NCBI RefSeq assembly: GCF_964213995.1
Contig: NC_135825.1
Location: 12,586,001 to 12,650,000, forward strand
Length of the DNA: 64,000 nucleotides
From: Mustelus asterias
Taxonomy: Eukaryota
Direction: 5' to 3'
Shown: positions 59,135-64,000 of the stretch, piece after piece
Layout: the number at the start of each line of letters is the position of its first letter
Position numbering within the stretch: position 1 is the stretch's first letter
Translations under genes and position numbers: made by a program
The notes under the pieces: generated by a model
What the model saw: only the letters and a program-made list of their open reading frames with translations
Told to the model about the DNA's origin: nothing
Database searches by the model: none

Positions 59135-59450
59135 TGTGGTGAACCATCGTTGGTTCCCACTGGATAGTACTGGGCCAGGGCTGGCCAGCACTATAGGAAT
59201 GTATATAGGTTACTGTGGGATTGTACTAATGTTGTTGTTGGGCTAGGGTGGGATTGATACACCTGTGGTTGTTACTGTTGTGGCACATCCCAGTCGGGCT
59301 CCGCCTCCTGGGAGAGGTATAAGACCCCCTGCTCGGACGGGATCCCTTCAGTCTGGGATAGTGTGTTAAAGTTCTGATAGTTCCATTGTTAGTTAATAAA
59401 AACCTTCTTTTACCGAAGCTTTGAGCCTCGTGTCCAATTGATGCGCATCA
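59135..59450 (+). mobile_element. Solo LTR (subfamily B)
   Basis: TGTGGT...GCATCA, GGTATAA, AATAAA at 59395-59400, 5-bp TSD AAAAG. Confidence 0.87.
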
Positions 59451-59530
59451 AAAAGCACAGATTTACTCTGATCCTAAAGTTTATGGACTGTGTTGTGATA
59501 TTTGAAACATCCTTTGTTTTTCATTTCCAG

Positions 59531-59653
59531 GATAATGGAATCTGTTACATGACCATGACATCAGCACCCACAATGGAGAATTTCAGTCAACCAAACAGTA
59601 AAGCTATCTTCATCTTGCCATTATTCATCACATGTGTGGTGTGGACTGCCTGA
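59531..59653 (+). other. Candidate terminal exon of the activating receptor (3' UTR, or cryptic tail with YMTM)
   Basis: Strong acceptor cctttgtttttcatttccag| at 59530. Phase-0 frame reads DNGICYMTMTSAPTMENFSQ... The donor at 56175 needs a downstream partner exon. Confidence 0.45.
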
Positions 59654-61773
59654 GGAATACTGTGAAATAACCCTGCTATGTTCTTTCAAACCCATTCATT
59701 CTCTTTGAGGGTCACAATGTCGGGTAAATATTGCAAATAGGTACAAGCTGACACTACTAATGGTGGCACGGTGACACAGTGGTTAGCACTGCTGCCTCAC
59801 AGTGCCAAGGACCTGGGTTCGATTCCCAGCTTGGGTCACTGTCAGTGTGGAGTTTGCACATTCTCCCCGTGTCCGCGTGGGTTTCCTCCGGGTGCTCCGG
59901 TTTCCTCCCACAGTCCAAAGACGTGCAGGAAAAGTGGATTGGTCATGCTAAATTCTCCTTCAGTGTACCCGAACAGGCACCGGAGTGTGGCGACTAGGGG
60001 ATTTTCACAGTAACTTCTTTGCAGTGAGAATGGAAGTCTAGTTGTGACTGATAAATAAACAAGCTTTAACAGTTTTTTAAATTCATTTATGGGATGTGGG
60101 CATCGCTTAGAGGGCATTTGAGAGTCAACCGCATTACTCCACATAGGCCAGACCAGGTAAGGACAGCCGATTCCTTCCCTGAAGGACATCAGTGAACCAG
60201 ATACGTTTTTACGACTATAGTTTCGGGGGCCATTGATAGCCGTTTTTAAATTCCAGATGATTATTGAATTCAAATATCACCATCTGCTGGACTGGGATTT
60301 GAACCTGGGTTCCACAGATCTTGCCTGGGTTCCCTGGATTACTAATCAGATGACGGTACCACTACGCCACCGCCTCCACAGCGAGAGAGGAGGGCTGAAC
60401 AATTCCAACCATGGCAGGAATCGAGAATGTGGAAAAAAAACATTTGAATCTACACAACTTTTATGGCAGGCTCCTCATTGCTGCGTTTTAATGGCGGAAA
60501 CTCGTGTGTGAGTGATGAGTCATTGCTACAGTAGCTGGACCGCAGTCCCACATTTCTGTTCCCATTACTGATTTAAAGTGTTAGGTTTCACATCTAGGTT
60601 TCTAGACTGATAAGTTAAAACTATTACACAATGGATGTTTGTAGATGAACAGCAAATAAATTTGTCAAAGCAGTGATTCATCAGCCCGTGGTGCTAACAA
60701 TCAAATTGCCTTCTAACCATTCGATATGTTGGTGCTTTCAATGTATATTACGGATGGAAACTGTCCTGATCTCCAGCGCTAACTTTGCAGCATTTGCCCC
60801 AGTATTCCATCAAGGTTACGGTGGACACTGAGGTGAATGGCACAGGTGGCACAGTGGTTAGCAATGCTGCCTCACAGAGCCAGGGACCCGGGTTCAATTC
60901 TGGCCTCAGGTCACTGTCTGTGTGGAGTTTGCACGTTCTCCCCGTTTCTGTGTGGGTTTCCTCCGGGTGCTCCGGTTTCCTCCCACAGATGAAAGATGTG
61001 CAGGTTAGGTGGATTGGCCGTGATAAATTAACCCTAGTGTCAGGGGGATTAGCAGGGTGAATATGAGGGGTTACGGGAACAGGGTCTGGGTGGGATTGTG
61101 GTCGGTGCAGATTCGATGGACTGAATGGCCTCCTTCTGCACTGTAGGGATTCTGTGATTCTATGAATCCCTGTGGAATTTCGCAGAATGTATGTCTGACA
61201 ACATTTTCTGATTTTGCGCTTTGCCAGCAAGCTTCTGCAACTGGGAAAGCCTCACTGGGAATTCAGGCACAATTCCTCAATTATTTAAAGTGATCATCAG
61301 AAAAATTGTGTGCTTGCAGGATGTGTACACTATCGCTGCACACTCCAAGTGGATGAGACGCTCTGCCGGATGTGCACAGTTAGGAGTTGCTTCAGGAGAG
61401 TGAACTGATCCATTTTTTTGTGCTCTGTAACTGTTGATATTGTAACACTGTCCTCAAAATCAACCGCATTATTCTGCCTCATATTTATTCACCTCCTATT
61501 GCAGAGTTAATTGCTTCTCAATAAATTAATATCTCATTACTGCTCGTAAAAAAAATAAGTGCTTTAAGTGATTTGTGGAAATGGTCAGTTGCAAAATTTA
61601 TTTTAACTTATTTCCATTTCTTTATTGGTGGCAATGCTGTCTCACAGCGCCAGGGACCCGGGTTCGATTCCCGGCTTGGGTCACTATCTGTGCAGAGTCT
61701 GCACATTCTCCCCATGTCTGCATGGGTTTCCTCCCACAGTTTGAAAGACGTGTGGGTTAGGTGCATCGGCCAT

Positions 61774-62090
61774 TGATGTGCTTCTCAAACACGAGGCCAG
61801 ATGCTCGGTAAATGAAAGGCTTTTATTTACTGTAATGAAGCAGCCAGTAATTATATACACTATCCCAGACTGAAGGGGTCCCGGCCAGAGCAGGGACTTT
61901 TATACCTCTCCCAGGAGGCGGAGCCCGGCTGGGATGTACCACAACACTATCTTACAAAGGTGTAACAACCCCACCCTAACCCCAACAGCAACAAGTAGCA
62001 CAAGCCAACAGTAACATATGTACATCCTTGTAGTACTGGCCAGACCCTGGCTCAATACTATCCAGTGGGAACCAACGATGGTTCACCACA
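61774..62090 (-). mobile_element. Solo LTR (subfamily B) inserted in a type-B SINE
   Basis: TGTGGT...CATCA on the minus strand, 5-bp TSD GCCAT; homologous to 59135-59450. Confidence 0.87.
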
Positions 62091-62679
62091 GCCATGCAAA
62101 ATTCTCCCTCAGTGTACCCGGACAGGTGCCGGAGTGTGGCGACCAGGAGATTTTCACAGCAACTTCGTTCCAGTGTTAATGCAAACTGTCTTGTGGCACA
62201 GATAAATAAACTTAAAACTTATTGCCTGTTTCTTCAATAAAATCATCGCAGGTGGAGAAATTATCTCAGTTTGCCATGTGACACGATTACCAGGTTGCAC
62301 AGCGAAATCATGAACAACAACGCTACTCCTCACATGGTCACCTGTCCCTGACTGTTCAGTCACTCCTATTAACCCATTCACCTTTTGTCACTATTAACAA
62401 CCTTCATGCCTTATTGGCACCATTAACACTCCGCTTTGCCTTAAGTCCATGACCTTGGTCAATATTTCCTTTGCCCCAGTTGTTTAAGGGTGCCACAGTG
62501 GCTCAGTGGTTAGCACTGCTGCCTCACAGCGCCAGTAAAACCTATTTACTTTCCTCATGCCTGCTGAAGCAGCAGGTTAATTTTCTGCATCTCAGGTACA
62601 AGGACACCCAAGTCTCACTGAACACCAACATTTAATACTTTGTCGCCAGTCAAAAAATATTCATTTCTCTATCCTTCTT

Positions 62680-64000
62680 TCTGAAAGAAATGTCAGAGGT
62701 AATAGCAGATGCGTTAGTGGTTGTTTATCAAAATTCGTTGGATTCTGGGGTAGTGCCGGCGGATTGGAAAACGGCTAATGTTACGCCGCTGTTTAAAAAA
62801 GGAAATAGACAAAAGGCGGGTAACTACAGGCCGGTTAGCTTAACGTCTGTAGTTGGGAAAATGCTGGAATCCATCATTAAAGAAGAAATAGCAGGCCATC
62901 TGGATAAGAATGGTTCGATTAAGCAGACGCAGCATGGATTCATGAGGGGAAAGTCGTGCTTGATGAACTTGTTGGATTTTTACGAAGATGTGACTAGTGC
63001 GGTTGACGGAGGGGAACCGGTGGTTGCGGTGTTTTTGGATTTCCTAAAGGCGTTTGATAAGGTGCCTCACAAAAGGTTGCTGAAGAAGATTGGGTCACAC
63101 GGAGTTGGGGGTAGGGTGTTAGCGTGGATTGGGGATTGGCTATCCGACAGGAAGCAGAGAGTCAGAATAAATGGGGGCTTTTCTGGTTGACGGATGGTAA
63201 CTAGTGGTGTGCCGCAGGGATCGGTACTGGGGCCTCAACTATTTACCATTTATATAGACGATCTGGAGGAGGGGACTGAGTGTAGGGTAACAAAGTTTGC
63301 AGACGACACAAAGATAAGTGGAAAAGTGAATCGTGTGGAGGGCGTAGAAGGTCTGCAGAGGGATTTGGACAGGCTGAGTGAGTGGGCGAGGATCTGGCAG
63401 ATGGAGTATAACGTTAACAAATGTGAGGTTATTCACTTTGGAGGAAATAATAGCAAATTGGATTATTATCTAAAAGGAAAAAAATTACAACATGCTACTG
63501 TGCAAAGGGACCTGGGGGTCCTTGTGCATGAGATGCAAAAACCCAGTCTGCAGGTGCAACAGGTGATCAAGAAGGCAAATGGGATGTTGGCCTATATCGC
63601 AAGGGGGATAGAATATAAAAGCAGAGATGTCTTGCTGCATCTGTACAGGGCATTGGTGAGGCCGCAGCTGGAATACTGTGTGCAGTATTGGTCCCCTTAT
63701 TTGCGGAAGGATATATTGGCCTTGGAGGGAGTGCAGAGAAGGTTCACCAGGTTGATACCAGAGATGAGGGGTGTTGATTATGAGGAGAGACTGAGCAGAT
63801 TGGGTTTGTACTCGTTGGAATTTAGAAGGCTGAGGGGGGATCTTATAGAGACGTATAAGATAATGAAGGGGCTGGATAGGGTAGAGGTGGAGAGATTCTT
63901 TCCACTTAGAAAGGAAGCTAGAACTAGAGGGCACAGCCTCAAAATAAAGGGGGGTCAGTTTAGGACAGAGTTGAGGAGGAACTTCTTCTCTCAGAGGGTG
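62680..64000 (+). mobile_element. CR1 LINE RT region running off the window
   Basis: NYRPVSLTS, QHGF, FLDFLKAFDKV, SGVPQGS, KFADDTK; a single TGA at 63188-63190 where Trp is expected. Confidence 0.95.

Noticed and set aside
6498-61776. Many recurring short ORFs (MVSTAASQ..., AQWLALLPHS..., RKPEHPEETH...)
   Set aside because: Translations of HE1-type SINE copies.

Overview
Repeat-dense vertebrate DNA, very probably a shark (elasmobranch), judged from dozens of HE1-type V-SINEs, CR1/HER1-type LINEs and Deu-domain SINEs. Nearly all ORF-track entries are SINE/LINE artefacts. The real genic content is two + strand pieces of an apparent CD300/pIgR-like (CMRF35-like) immune receptor cluster. (1) At 537/540-848, the last coding exon of an upstream gene, with three ITIMs and an ITSM-like motif (inhibitory type). 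(2) A complete four-coding-exon gene, assembled here from splice sites and phases: leader 39122-39161, IgV 49224-49556, stalk 51752-51800, TM 56070-56169. It encodes a 173-aa single-IgV receptor with an Arg in its transmembrane helix and almost no tail (activating type), and it has a candidate downstream exon with YMTM. Together these look like a paired inhibitory/activating receptor locus. Other notable items: Penelope-like sequences carrying minimal hammerhead ribozymes, including two foldback insertions with 13-bp TSDs; four solo LTRs with 5-bp TSDs; a Harbinger-like MITE family; a 1-kb inverted duplication; templated-insertion scars; a U2 5' fragment; and a G-rich 19-bp minisatellite. All calls are by eye, with no database search. 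Repeat boundaries are approximate unless a TSD is given.
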